DNA of 64,000 bases from Camelus dromedarius (GCF_036321535.1 NC_087472.1:95110001-95174000); one strand, 5' to 3'; counted from the first letter of the stretch, positions 13,001 through 26,747 are shown. Numbers and translations are program-made. The notes: generated from the letters alone by a model not told the origin.

Positions 13001-16000
13001 TTATCCATTTTGTTTATCTTTTCAAAGAACCAGCTCTTGGTTTAATTGATCTTTTCTGTTATTTTTTTGGCCTCTATTTTCTTTATTTCCTCTCTGATCT
13101 TAACTATTGCCTTCCTTATGCTGACTTTGAGCTTTTTTTCCCCTAATTTCTTTAGATGGAAGATTAGGTTGTTTGAGATTTTTCTTGCTTTTTTGAGGTA
13201 GGCCTGTATCGATATAAGCTTCCCTCTTAGGCTTGCTTTTGCGGCATCCCATGAATTTTGGAAATTTGTGTTTATGTTTTAATTTGTCTAGAGATATTTT
13301 CTGATTTTCTCTTTGATTTCTTCACTGACCCATTGATTTTTTAGTAGCATGTGGTTTAGTCTCTATGTGTTTGTGATTTTGCCAATTTTCAGTAATTGGT
13401 TTCTAGTTTCATACCATTGTGGTCAGAAAAAAATGCTTGGTATAATTTCTATCCTCTTAAATTTGTTGAGACTGGTTTTGTGGCTTAGCATGTGCTATCC
13501 TAGAGGACAGTCTATGTGTACTTGAAAAACATGTGTATTCTGTTGTTTAATGGAATTTCCTGTCATTATCTATTAAGTCTAACTTTTTGTGTGTCATTTA
13601 AGACCACTGTTTCCTTGTTGATTTTCTGTCTGGATGATCTGTTGATGTAAGTGGGGTGTTAAAGTCCCCTACTATTATTGTATTATTGTCGGTTTCTCCC
13701 TTTATGTATGTTTATATTTGCTTTATATATTTAGGTGCTCCTTAGTGAATGCATATATGTTAACAAGTGTAATATCCTCTTTGTGTATTGATCCCTTTAA
13801 CATTATATAATGCCCTTCTTTGTCTTTTGTTGTAGACTTTGTTTTAAAGTCTATTTCATCTGATACGAACATTGCTACCCTCATTTTCTTGTTGTTTCCA
13901 GTTGCATGGAATATCTTTTTTCATCCCATTACGTTCAATCTTTGTGTGTCTTTAGTTCAGAAGTGAGTCTCTTGTGACTAACATAGATGGGTCTTGGTTT
14001 TTAATCCAGTCAGCCACTCTGTATCTTTTGATTGAAGCAGTAATCCATTGATATTTAATGTAATTATTGATAGGTATGTACTATTGCCATTTTATTACTT
14101 CTTTTCCAATTGTTTTTATAGTTCTCCCCTGTTCTTTTCTTCTTTTAGTTTCTTCACTTGTGGTGTGATGGTTTTCTTTAGTGGTTTGCTTATGTTGCTT
14201 TCTGTCTAGTTTCTGTGTGTCTATTTTGTAGGTTTTTGATTTGTGGTTACCATGAGGTTAATATACATTGACCTATAACTAAAAGATCTATGCTTTTTTA
14301 CTCCCTTCCCTCACATGTTGTATTTTTGATGTCATATTTTACATCTTCATGTTTACCTCTTTACTGATTATTGTAGTTGTACTTGATTTACAATTTTTTC
14401 TTTTAATCTTCATTCCAGCTTAAGTGGCAGATCCTCAGCCTTTACTACATATGTTTGCCTTTACTAGTAGGATTTCTTCCTTTCCTATAGGTATTTTCTT
14501 CTTGTTATAGCCTTTTCTTTTCCACTTAGAGAAAACTCTTTAACATCTCTTTTAGGGCTTATTTAATATTCTTGAATTCTTAGTTTTTGCTTGTTTGAGT
14601 AGTCTTTTTTTTTTTTTTTTAATCTCTCCCTCAATTCTAAATGATAGTCTTGCTGGGTAAATTATCCTAGTTTGAAGGTTTTTCCCTTGCAGCACTTTAA
14701 ATATATTATGTCATTTCCTTCTGACCTGCAGTTTCTATAGAAAAATCAGCTGATAGCCATAAGGGGGTTTCCTGTATATGCCTTTTTTTTTTTCTCTTGC
14801 TGCCTTTAGGATTCTCTCTTTAACTTTTGCCGGTTTAATTATGATATGTCTTGGTATGGGTTTGGGTTCATCTTCTATGGGACCCTCTGTGTTTTCTGTC
14901 TAGATATGTTTCCTTCTTCAGGTCTGGGAAATTTTCAGCCATAATTTCATGAAATACATTTTTGACCCCATATTCTCTCTTTTCTGTGACCCTTATAATG
15001 CAAATGTTGGTACACTTGATGTTATTCCAGAAGTCTCTTAAAAATTGCCTTTTTTAAAAAAATAATTTTTTTCTCTTTGCTATTTTGATTGAGTGATTTC
15101 CATTATTCTGTCTTCCAAATTACTTACATATTCTTCTTTATTACCTAGTCTGCTGTTCATTCCTTCTAGTGTGTTTTTCATTTCAGTTATTGTATTCTTC
15201 AGTTTTGACTGGTTCTTTTTTTTATACTTTTTAGTTCCTTGCTAAAATTTTCACTGTGGTCATCTATTATTTTTCCTAACCCAGTTAGCATTCTTATTAC
15301 TAAATGCTTTGAGATCTTTGTCTGGTAAATTGTTTATTCCTGTTTCATTAGTGTTTTTTTTTTTTTTAGGACATTTCTCTTTCACTTGAGACAAATTCTT
15401 ATGCCTCATTATTTTGCTTAACTTTTTCTGTCACTATGAAATTCAGTGAAACAGTTACCTGTGGTGGTTTTAAAGAGGTATCCTTATGTGGGAGCTCCCT
15501 ACATGGTCTGTGTGTACCCAGTGGCTTTCTTGGGAATACTGGATTTGACGTGAACACGAGTAATGTCTTTCCTCAGGGTGTGATGGCAGCTCTTAGCTTA
15601 GTAGGAATTGGGGCTTCAGATGGAGGGGCTGGTGCTGGAGCCAGGTGTGAGCTGAGGCTTCTATTATGCTCATTGGCCATCAGCACCTTATCAGGGGCAG
15701 GGTCAGGTCCCAAGTTGCAGGAGCCGGAGCCTGTAGGGCCAGCTCTGATATGACTCAGTTCCCTTCAACTGTGAGCTCTCCTCCCTCCCAGCACTCTCAT
15801 CCCAGAGGAGAGGAGTGCTGGAGTACGAGGGGACTCAATGAAGGCTGAGGGATAGGCTGTGGCACTCTGGCTGCTGTCAGATCTCCCTCTGATGTGCCGC
15901 CCCTATAGTGCTAGCAGTGGCTGCCCTCTTCCTGCTCAAGTGCCACTTTGGGTTTGAGCTGCCTCAGTGCCTCACAGCCAAGGTCTTTCCTCAGTCGTGG

Positions 16001-16562
16001 CAGCTCTCACTCCAGTGCGGAGCTGCAGTGTAAGGTAGGTGGGGCTGGAACATTTGCCTGGCTGAGGCTGGGGTGCACACCAGGGCAGTTGCAAGAAACC
16101 AGTCAGCCACTCATATATTCTCATTCTCCCCTCCCTACCCTGCTTTGGAAGCAAGCTAGCATTCACATGCTCCTCAAGAATGAAGTCCAGGCTCCCCACA
16201 GCCCTCCTGTTAGTCCCACTGGCCCTCCAACCCGCCAAGGCAGCTGTCTTCCCTTTGTCCGACCGCAGAGCTGGGGTGCCCAATATGTGGCTCTAATGAC
16301 TCATTCCCCAGGGAGGACCTCCAGTTGTGTAATCTCCCTTTTCCTCTGAGTCTCCTTCCAGGAGAACAGGTCCCAACCTAATGGCTTCTCTTCTCCTCAT
16401 GCCTGATTCCATGTGTATCTTTCATACAGCTTTGATTGTACGGGAGTCTTCCTGCCAGTCCCCAGTTAGTTTCAAGGAGAATTGCTGCACAAGTAGTTGT
16501 ATTTTTGATGTGTTCATGGGGGAGAGTGAGTTCTGCATCCTACTCCACCATCGATCCACTCT
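10095..16562 (-). mobile_element. Near-full-length degraded LINE-1 (3'UTR, ORF2, long spacer, ORF1, GC-rich 5'UTR)
   Basis: ORF2 C-terminal remnants (EILPFAAMWMDLEGIMLSK; KANINNWDLIKLK), endonuclease-start motif near 13960, ORF1-like region about 14530-15430, 5' end tcctactccaccatc; many stops and frameshifts; no convincing TSD. Confidence 0.95.
11366..11452 (-). mobile_element. tRNA-Ala-derived SINE (camelid Vic-1 type) nested in L1 ORF2
   Basis: Minus strand GGGGGGTGGGTATAGCTCAGTGGTAGAGCACACGCTTAGCATGCATGAGGTCCTGGGTTAAAACCCCAGTACCTCCA plus A-rich tail; TSD tctaatc(t/a)cattctttt at 11349-11365 and 11453-11469. Confidence 0.9.
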
Positions 16563-18532
16563 AATAACTAACATTTCTCGATCATTCAGTTTGCTGGGCA
16601 GTGTATTAAACCTTTCACATGAATCAGTACATTTGGTCTTCAAGGAGATTATTTTGTAGCTTTTCCAGTGGCTCACACGTTATAAGTGACAGACTTATGA
16701 GTCAAATATGTTTTTTTGGGAACACAAAGCGGATACTCTGAATCTATAACCTTGAAAAGAAAATTGGGAAAGGGGGTGTAGGGACCAGAAAGAGGGAGCA
16801 GTTGTAAAACCATGACATGGTGTTAAGTTTGACAGATGTGAAGCAATTATCTGGCATTCAGTGTTATAATTAACATAGAGAACTCTTGGACAATACTGAA
16901 TTGAACTAGTCTTTCCTTAAAGGAGGACAGAAAGTTCTAGCGAATATCATGACTAGCACTCATGTATCCTCCTCCTTCTTCCCTGAATCCATCATGTACC
17001 TCCTCCCAAAAGGTATTCCTAAACAAAGCTATAAATATTTCAGTCCAAGTTCCCATACCACCTTATGCATAACTTACCCTCTCTAACTATGCTGTACAAA
17101 AGGTGCCTCTTTATCTGCCTCCCAAACCAGATTGTGGGATACATAAGGAGTGGCAGCTATCTCCTTTTTGTTTGTATCTTAATGTCTAGCAAAATATCTT
17201 GTGCATAGCTTGCATTCAATAAAGGCTTCTTGGATTATTAGAATAATTATGTTTATGCTTAGATTGCCCAAGATATCCTTGTTCAATAAGCATTCATTTA
17301 ATGCTTACGATATATATGCCAGGTACTGAGGCACAGTTACTACCTTTGGGTAAGTTCACAATTTAGAGGTAGAGGAATTCACATAAAAAACAATAAATAA
17401 ACCAATGTGACAAGGCAAGGAGCACAAGTAAGGATGTTCAGTATTGGGAAAAGGAATTAGAGAAAGAAAAATTTTCTTTAAATAAGGTTTAATAGAGTGA
17501 AACAGTGGTTAAATAGTGAAAAGGTAGTCGCATTGTTACTTTCAGGTACTGAGGACTATGCAGATCCCATTTTAATATGACTTCAGCAAGCAGGACACTT
17601 ACTGGACAGTGTCCCCCTAAGTCAGACCATTGATTCAATTCAGTAACAAATAATTATGGAGGTTTCTATATATTTGTCATTTTGATTCACTGGCACCATG
17701 TTGGTATAACAATGAATTTTGCTTACATTGGACCCTTGATTCTCTCTGTCCTCCTGAAAACATAGTTTAACAAGAAATAATTTCTGGTTTGATCGGTTGA
17801 TAAGAGTTTTTTTTTCCACTTTTATTCATACAGCTATCTTTGGACAAAGTCCACAGAGTACTAAACTTCTGAAATGCAAGGCAGTGAATGTGAATAAGCA
17901 TCCCTATTCGTGGTTTTCCAATCAGGAAGGAGCGAACAGCTTGAAGTCTATAGAGTAGACTTTATGATAGTCCTATGGTAAATGGGAAAAAAATAAAATT
18001 CAAAGCCAATCCCGCTGAAAATTAAACAACCTTTTTGACAAATATAATTACATTCTGTAACTTTACATACACAATTTAGGTGAACTCCAATATCAAGGCT
18101 GATACCACACTAATTATCCAGATTAAATATAACGTGAAATTTTCACTGTGACTAAACAAATCAGTTTAGTTATGAGTTAATATTAATAGGTTTCCCAAAC
18201 AACCTAAATTATACAGTACTTTCATGCCATGTCTTGGTCATTCACATGCTTTTAAATCTTGCTATCTGCATCGCAAACATTTCATGCTTTTCCTTAGACT
18301 TTCAAAGTAATTTTATTGACGTATCTTACCCCAGTTTGTCATAGATTTCCAGTTTTTTAATATTTGCACTCATTTAGCCCAATTTATACTTTCACCACAA
18401 AAAGTACAATATGCACTTTGATTATATTTTTAAAGATAGGTTTTCCCTGTGGTCTTCAACTTACACCTTTTTTCGTGTCATAGACTTACAGTGGGAACCT
18501 GCCTTTGGAGTCTTAAAATAATAGTAATTTTA

Positions 18533-18691
18533 TTTTAAAAATTATTTATTCATTTATTATTTATTTTTGTGGGGGGGGAGGTAATAAGGTTTTTATTTAT
18601 TTATTTTTTGGTGGAGGTACTGGTGATTGAACTCAGGGCTTTGTGCATGCTAGGCACACACCCTACCACTGAACTATACCCTCCCCCACTC
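18533..18691 (-). mobile_element. tRNA-Ala-derived SINE (camelid Vic-1 type, long-tail form)
   Basis: tRNA-like head with A/B boxes, then AAATAAATAAAAACCTTATTACCTCCCCCCCC and an A-rich tail; perfect 18-bp TSD aaaataatagtaatttta at 18515-18532 and 18692-18709. Confidence 0.9.
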
Positions 18692-18875
18692 AAAATAATA
18701 GTAATTTTAAAGCAGCTCTAATGGTCACTTAGTAGAAGCACAGAACTGCTTAGAGTACTCTCCATCTTTTTCTCTTCTCCTTCACCTAGTCACAGTTCTA
18801 AGAAAATTTATGAAGTTTGACTTCAGTATGCAGTCCCCTGGCCAACCCCACAAACGGGAAATGCCAGTGAAGTAT

Positions 18876-19383
18876 TGTGATGGAGTTGAGGACATTCTAC
18901 TCCCAAATTTGACACCTTGGCATGCTGAAAATCTTAAGCTGAGCAGGATTTTAAAAATGGCAGAAAGGGGAACATCACTGTGACTTCACATCTCTCACCC
19001 TTCTTCCCTGAAATGGGTCATAAAACTCCTTTCAGAAAGGTCCTGTCCTTCTACCAGGAGGAAGGAAGACATTCTTATCACCAGAGTCAGGGAACTGGGG
19101 GGCCCAGAAATCTGTATAAAGAAATGTTGGTAGATGAACTCTTACCTTCCTCATTACTTCCTCACCATTTACTATCCCTATTCCAAATGCCTGTGTCTTG
19201 TCAATTCTTCACAAATTTATTCTTTGTCTGAAAGGCATAAAAGCTTCCTGCCCTGGTCATTTCTTCTAGTCTTCATTCAGTAAAATTTGTATGCCTTTGT
19301 CCTGTTAATTTGTCTTTGTTAGTTTAATTTTCAGGCCCAGCCAAGGACCCTAAGAGTTGAGGAAAGCTTTTTCTCCCCCTACA
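18876..19383 (+). mobile_element. Solo ERV1 LTR (MER34-like)
   Basis: TG...CA termini, about 505 bp, TATA-like cataaaag, agtaaa poly(A)-signal variant, 3' end tcctgttaatttgtctttgttagtttaattttcaggcccagcc...ctccccctaca. Confidence 0.8.
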
Positions 19384-20635
19384 ATTAATAAGGGAAAAAT
19401 TCTGTAAGGGACAGGCCAAGTCCAAAGGCAGGAGAGGAAAATACTCACTGATCATTATAATGTTGCATTCTAGCAAATTCTAACCTGCTAAATTAAAAGT
19501 ATAGAAATATATCTCAGAAAAAACATTAGCAAGGATGTTGACCAGTATAATTTTATGAATAGACTAATCTCATATTCTGTTTCCACGTATGTAAAGATCA
19601 CCTGTGCCACTGAAATTCATGCTCTGCTGTTATGCTCACCAATTACTTGACCATTTCATGCAGCCATTTTCCAAATACAAACCTTGTTTTAATTCACTCA
19701 GTTCTTCTGGAAAGCCAAAATGTGTAAGAATAGCATCAATAGTTGTTAATATATGATCAACTCATTTGAACCATGATGTCGGTCACTGAGCAAGGTTATA
19801 AAATGCTTACTATGTGTCAGGCGGTATTACTGGTATTGATGCAGGACCCCTGAAAGTTTCATCATCAAAAAGTTTATTTGGAGTAGAGGACTTTTTGGTT
19901 TGTGTTTTTATTTCATTTGCAGAGATGGTGTTCACAGATATATTACAGGAAATATTTTAGTGGAAAATAATCTTTAATAGGTTGATGTAAAAATATCACA
20001 TTCTAAAGCAATTAGCATGAACCAAATATCTCGGACAGCAAAAATCTTTCACATTATGAAATGGAGTGGCGAATTACACAAAGATGTCATAGATTCTGAG
20101 ATTTACTTCTTTTTAAATATGTATACTTTAAATCCTCAATATAGAAAAATTCCTGTTGAATTTGAAATTATATTTAAGTACGAGGGAAAGAAGCTCATGA
20201 TTAACATAAAGAGTTGGAGAAATTGCCTGCAGATAGTTTTTCTATCCTCTTAGCCTCACTCCCTAAGGCTAAACCATCAAGCCTGACCCGACCATTTTAG
20301 CAGCTGACAAGAGATGTGGAGAGTAAGTTTAGTTGGGTGTCTAAAAATACTCCTTTCATAAAAGCCAGCACTACATTTCCAGGATACAGACCTAGAAACT
20401 GCATTTCTTTGTTTCTCCTTTTCCTATTTTCTCTGTCTCAATAGTGATTTGGTTAATTAACACTTCATCCAAGAATTACATCTCTTAGAGGTTCAGGAGA
20501 GTGTGAAATTGCCCTCCTGGCAATGACAAGGATAAAGGAATATACCACTCTCATAGCTATTACTCTACATCTGGATTTAAATTTTAATATTTTAAAGAAC
20601 AGTTTTTCTGGGAGCAGAGAAATATTACTCTGTGG

Positions 20636-20833
20636 TAGTGATTCTCAAAGTCTGGTCCTCAGATAAGCAGCATCGCCATTATTCAAGATCTTGTTAGAAA
20701 TGCAAATTATCGAGCCCCATTCCAAATCTACTGAATCAGAATCTTGGAGCAGCGTCCCCATAATCTGTGCTTTAACAAGCCCCATCCCCCTGTCCAGGTG
20801 ATTCTGATAAATGCTAAAGTTTGAGAACCATTG
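20636..20833. mobile_element. MER5A (hAT-Charlie) DNA transposon
   Basis: Terminal inverted repeats tagtgattctcaaa / tttgagaaccattg; internal cttgttagaaatgcaaatt and ctactgaatcagaa. Confidence 0.85.
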
Positions 20834-21767
20834 GTCTATGCAATTCCCTCACTGTGTTGCATGTGAATATATTATTTAGTGATACAAGAAGACTTAGGTT
20901 AAATTATTAATTAGTAATTTAAATCTTAAATCATTGCCTTTGAATGTTAAGCAGACTAGTTCAAGTCCACAGGGCTCCATCAGTGTTTTATTTCATTTCA
21001 CAGCATGTAGGTCTATTGGCACATAAACAACTAATTATCTTAGTAGATCCAAAAAGGAGGAAATGCCAGCTGAAAAGTAGCAACACTTTTTTGAACAAAG
21101 TCTCCCAGCTAAAAAGTGCTCAGTGGTTAGAATTTTAAATGCCATCATATTCATTCTTGAGCTATTGCCTTATCTTTAAGAGTGTGGTTTAGTTTTTTTT
21201 TTTCCTTGTCACTGTCTTATGTTATAGTCATCTCAGTCACCACACTTGCCATTGTGTTTTTACATTGTTACTGTTATTTCTTCCAGATAATGCTGTTTTG
21301 TTTGGAGAATCACTAATTTTGATGCCAAGGCAATATTTTGGTGAAGAAGAAGTAGGAGTTCCCGGATGAAGGTAGGAACAGAATTTTATCCCTTTTGCCG
21401 CAGTTTCCAAGACTAGAAAGTTTAGTCCTCTTCCATTCTTTCCCTCACCCTCCACAGCTGATCTGTTATCTGGTTCTTTAAATTATTTCTCAGTCTCCTC
21501 TACCCATCGTCCTCATTTCAGTTCCTTTGCCTGTGCTGCGACTTGGTTGCTAGTCATCTCTCAACTGGATGACTCAAATTCGGAGACACAGAAAGGATTC
21601 ACAGTGGCTACTTGTCATTCTAGCTTCTAAAGTAAGTTCAGGCATTTAATTTATTCCTCCTGGATTCCCTGAATGGGAAAACCAAGTAGTGGTGGATTGT
21701 GCTGGTTCTGTTCTGTTCTTTTAAAAACCTCCCCTGCCCTTCCCATGTACAGTATAATGGTTGTACT

Positions 21768-22650
21768 AATTCATTCAGTCAACTTTTTTTTGATGCTCTT
21801 ATATCCCAAGAGCTGTTTTAAGCATATAGGTAACAGTAGTCAACAAAGACAAAAACCAAAGACTTTTGCTTGTAGAATTCATAATCTAATGATGGTAGTG
21901 TGTGGATTAAGACATACCATTATATCCATATCTGCATCTATAGCCATATCTATATCTATCTATATGTATATCTAACTGTCTGTCTATCTAGCTATTTTAA
22001 TTACGATGGTCAAGGAAGTCCTCTGATGTAGTGATGTTTAAACAGAGACATGAATGAAGTGATTGATACTGCTATCTGAGGAAAAAGTCTTCCATTACAG
22101 CAATTATAGTAACCTGGGGTAAAGAAAGGAAGGTGGTATAATGGGAGGGGTAGAGAAGGGGCAGGGCCAGGGACGAGATCGCCAGGGACCATGTCAATTG
22201 TAGTGAGGGGTATAGATTTTATTTCAGATGAGATGAGAAGTTCTTAGAGGTTTTGAGAAGAGAGGTGACATAATGTGACTGATATTTTAAAAGGATCGCT
22301 CTGAATACCAGGAATTGAAGCAAAGAGACCATTTCGGAGACAATTTGCAATAAACCTGATGAGATGTGATGTTGTCATGAACCAGGGTGGTAGGAGTGGA
22401 AGTAATGATATTTCCTGTTGGACTGAATGTGGGCAGTGAGAAAAGAAGGAGTCCAAGATAAACAGAAAGATTTTAGGCCCAAGGAAATTAAAGATGGAAT
22501 TGCCTCTTACTGAGAAAGGGAAGACCATTTGGTGAGAGGGCCTGAGGTTGGAGAAAGTAAGTTTAGGTTTAGATATGTTGTTTGAGATATCTATTAGAAA
22601 TCAACATAAAATAGGTAATAAATTGTTGGAGCCATCAATTCAGTGAGAGA
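21768..22650 (-). mobile_element. L2 LINE 3' fragment
   Basis: Begins attcattcagtcaac (L2 tail, reverse complement); gatattttaaaaggatcgctctg, gaaccagggtggtaggagtgga and gatggaattgcctcttactgag are L2 motifs. Confidence 0.8.
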
Positions 22651-24999
22651 TTTAAAAATATATACCTCACATCACATTTTTTTTTTTTTAGAATCACTCA
22701 TTTTGTTGTTATATAGTGTTGTCTGATACTTTTGCCCCTATTACAAATCAAGGCTGCTCATTCTTTAAAATAAAATATACAAATATATAAAAGAAAACCC
22801 CAAATGACTAACATCTAATTTTTCCAAAGGTAACCATTATCAACGTCTAATGTATAAATTTCCAAATTGTATATAGGTATATATATATTACATATATATT
22901 TAAACCATGTGACACTACTGTTATTCAATCACGCAGACCTATAAAAACAATAATTTCATGTTTCAGCCTACTATAGAGATAGTAACACTACAAAAATAGA
23001 AATATGCAAAGCACCTTTGTCTATGCAGTTGTTAAACACTTCCATAATTTCAACTGATTCTCTTAGGTTGCACATAAAGAACAAAGCTGGAATAACTGAC
23101 AATGAATTATAAAGAAAGGAAACAGGTAGTATAATAAACCTGAAAAAGTCTACGAAGTAAAATATATCTATAAAATATTAAGGGTGATAAAATGGACCTA
23201 GGCTACACCAAAATTACCAATGGACAAAATACCCAGGGCTATGTAATATTTTTTTAGCATGATTTTGGCTAAATGTATTGACATTTGACCTTGCTTTCAG
23301 CCAAAATTATTTTGATTGTATAGTATATTCAAGCAAGCCCTGTAGATCCAACTCCAAATGTCTAAAAATGCTAAAGCCAAAGCTCTATATGAAGCATTTA
23401 GATAATTCTGAATTTTCTAAAGATTCTACACCAGGGCACACAAAAAACTGAAAAAGACAGCTGTCAAAGGCTATCTAAGCCACTAAAACATAGCCTATAG
23501 AAAAGATCTTCATTCTAAGCTACAAAGCTAAATACTATCTTCAAATTTTTTTGCCCAGTGACACAGAGTAATAAATCTTTGATTTTAGTGTAGCTCTTTA
23601 GAGAGTTCATGCCCTACAAGTTCTTTCTTGACATCCCTTTATATTTCTGTTGAGAATTGTAGCTAGCATAAGTATTGCAAAAGTCTTAGATTTACTTGAA
23701 AGCATTTTAATTGGGGTAGTTGAATTCTGTGTGATTTTGATTGTTAAGTTACACATTCATTCAGCTCAATAGTGTTTTTATAACATTTTTGGAAGAACAA
23801 CATTGAACGAATTGGGTAACAATAGTTGGTGGTCAGTCATGATGTTAATGAGATTGAGCCTTATGGGTTTAACACTTTCCAGGGTCAATCTTGGGGCATT
23901 GTCAATAATCTTACTTGTGTATATTGTTGGTCTTGAAGAGAGATAGAAAAAATATATGTAAGTCAGCATATCTCTCTTCTAGGAAGAATTACCCACAGTA
24001 GACATCTTGGAGTTATTTGAGCATCAAATGTGAGATTACAGCATGTAAAAGTACTTCGTAAACCATAAAGCGGTACATAAATTTAAAAGATTATTATTGT
24101 GACAAGATACAGCTAGTAAACCTATAATGGAAGAACAGATTGTTCTTTCAACTTCAGTCTTTTGTTGTTTGCTTCTGTCGCTATTATAGGTTTTGTTTTG
24201 TTGTCGCTTTACAAATGGAAACAAAAATTAAACCTGGAGTGTACTATAAGGCAAAGAGAAAACTAATGATTCCGCCCCCCCAAAAAATGTTTTAGTTTTT
24301 TCTTGAAATGATGCTTCTCAGGTATAGAAAAAGAGGAAGCTAGCCAATGATAAATTTTTTCCTTTTCATAGGCTCAATTATTCTTAATTGATACTGTAAA
24401 ATTCTTCACAACTGCAATTTAAATTTGGAGCAATAGTTTTTTGTTGTTAAAAAGCCATTTCAATGTAATGAATTTTCATTAAAAAACTCGTATCTTACAA
24501 GATTGAACTTTGTTTATTTTAAGATGCATTTCTCTTGGTTACAGATATAAAAATACAACCTTTTGATGGGGTAGGTATAAATGAATAGAGAATAAAAATG
24601 ATTTTCCCTGGGAATTCATATAAGACAAATAGCAAGTAGTAAATTATATTATGGAATGTAAGTTCCTTCCACAAACTAAATATTAGTAAATTTAGTAATA
24701 CATCCACTTCTAACTGAAAATTGAACATACTTTTTTCATCATTCATAAAGGAGGAAGAGAAATGTGTTTGGCATGTCAGTGTATTCTGAAGAACTAAAAC
24801 TGCTCTTAATTTTAATAATCTAAAAGGGCTTAACCATGACCCAGGCTGGAAAAAATACTGGCAGAGAAATATGGTTAAGCTGAGGGAGCTAGAAATTGGT
24901 GGAGCCAAGGTTAAGGGACCATCTACAATGGAGGAAAGGACCGGAGGTTGAATAGGACTGGAACTGCACTTCCAGGAGTGAGGTGAGGGTTAGTTTTAG

Positions 25000-25680
25000 A
25001 ACTAGGAACTGAGTCCTTCACTGATACTGGGACAGTAATCTACCTGATGAAATCAAAGACAGAAAGGTACCTTCAATAATTCTAATGGTAAAAATTAATA
25101 GCAGAATACATCAAAGTAAGCTTAGGGGCGGGATCACTAGGCTCAGAAACTTCAGAAATGAAGTTTTGAGTCATCCTACCAGGGAAAGCACTGTGACCAT
25201 TTGAAGTTTTACCTGGAGGTAAAGGGAACATCAAATGTGCAACGGGAGAAGGAACTGATAAATATTGTATACAAGTGCATGACTAGTTGTAGAAAGGAAA
25301 ACTATGGTTGTTATACATTTTATTTATTAATATGAACTATTTTATCCTTTTCTCCTTTTATTATTTTATATAGAAAGTGTGTCTTTGGTGATTTGCCTTA
25401 TTAATTGAAATGTTAAAAGATATCATACCCTCCTAGCCTGCTCCTTGGTGATAAATCCCCGCAATTCCTTATGTGTCTGGAGTTGAGCCCAGTCTCTCTA
25501 CCCTATTGTGAGAGTTAACACCTACACCTATTGCAATAATCCTGAATAAAGTCTGCCTTACAGTTAAAGAAACAAAAAGATATCATAAAAGGATAGTGAC
25601 TGAGCTAGTAGAGGAGCATACATCACTTAGAGAGAGAGAGATGTTTATGGGCAGGGTGGCAGTATAATTTATTGTCTTAA
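25000..25680 (+). mobile_element. ERVL internal relic (3' end of pol/dUTPase region), interrupted by an insertion at 25428-25574
   Basis: From 25140 translates GSETSEMKF*VILPGKAL*PFEVLPGGKGNIKCATGEGTDKYCIQVHD*L*KGKL, colinear with the ERV-L motif ...SGMKVWVTPPGK..PAEVLAEGKGNTEWVVEEG..YQL...DQLQK.GL as recalled. Confidence 0.75.
25428..25574 (+). mobile_element. Polyadenylated ERV1 LTR fragment (MER31-like) inserted by L1-type target-primed reverse transcription
   Basis: ggagttgagcccagtctctct...cctattgcaataatcctgAATAAAgtctgcctta, A-rich tail 25566-25574, perfect TSD aaaagatatcata at 25415-25427 and 25575-25587. Confidence 0.8.
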
Positions 25681-25860
25681 CTGGGAAGATGATAAATTCA
25701 AAGGGGATGCTAAAATAACAAAAGATATAAATTTAAAAATATTTGATTTGTGTTCATGAACCTAAAAACAGTTCTTTTCAAAAGTTATTTTCCAAAATAA
25801 TTTCTAAAAAAATCATATACCTGCACACTTTAAAGCAAACCATCCCTTTATTCATATTCT

Positions 25861-26055
25861 TTTTTTTAATAGTCTTTTTTAATTGAGTTATAGTTAGTTT
25901 ACAGTGTTGTGTCAAATTCCAGTGTAGAGCACAATTTTTCAGTTATACATGAACATACATATATTCATTGTTGCATTCTTTTTTGCTGTGAGCTACCACA
26001 AGATCTTGTATATATTTCCCTATGCTCTACAGTATAATCTTGTGTCTCTATTTTA
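25861..26055 (-). mobile_element. 5'-truncated lineage-specific L1 3' end
   Basis: T-tail then ttaattgagttatagttagtttacagtgttgtgtcaaattccagtgtagagc, similar to 6982-7267; possible TSD catattct (25853-25860, 26056-26063). Confidence 0.85.
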
Positions 26056-26747
26056 CATATTCTGAACATAAGACTTAACATAGTTGAAATGATTATTCTG
26101 GTTCATATCTTCGTACTTTTATCAGGTTTTTTACTATATATGTTTCTAATGACGTATCATTAGTATTTCTCTAAAGAATATGTTTCCAATGTTGTCTTGC
26201 TTTTCATTTTTTTCAAAAAATTATTTGCAACTTCTGCCAAGTTGCATTCTGTGACTAATACATTTTAGGGTGTTGACAACGTCCAGTGCCTCCTCTCTAT
26301 AGACTTGAATAATTTTAGTTGAGGAAAGTATCTCTGCACAAGTGCCAAGGTGCCTGGTCAATTCCAGCCAATCTTGCTAAATAGAGGACATTCTCAGGCT
26401 TATTTTTTCATATTGAAAGGTGTGACTGTTTCAAACATTTTATTTTTTCACAGATAACTTTACTGGACAAATATTTTACCTAGGCAAAACTTAACAAGTA
26501 AGTTGCTTCTGTGTATGATGGTTTTAAAATATTTCAGTGGATTGAAATGCTGCACAATCATGTTCTTTCAGCTTCTCTCCTTTTCAGGACAAAGTAGAAA
26601 ATTTTCCAATTAAAAATATGAGCGCCATCAAAATACTTTTCCCTCACAACCAAATTTCTAGGCATAATTTAAAAATTTCAAAATGAGATAATAAACTCCT
26701 TTAAAATTATCATAGTTTAATTTCTTCTGTTTTCGTCTACTTAAGAA

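Noticed and set aside
15436..16676. Cluster of 60-133 aa ORFs suggesting a gene
   Set aside because: They lie in the GC-rich L1 5'UTR, where stop codons are scarce, and resemble no protein I recognise.
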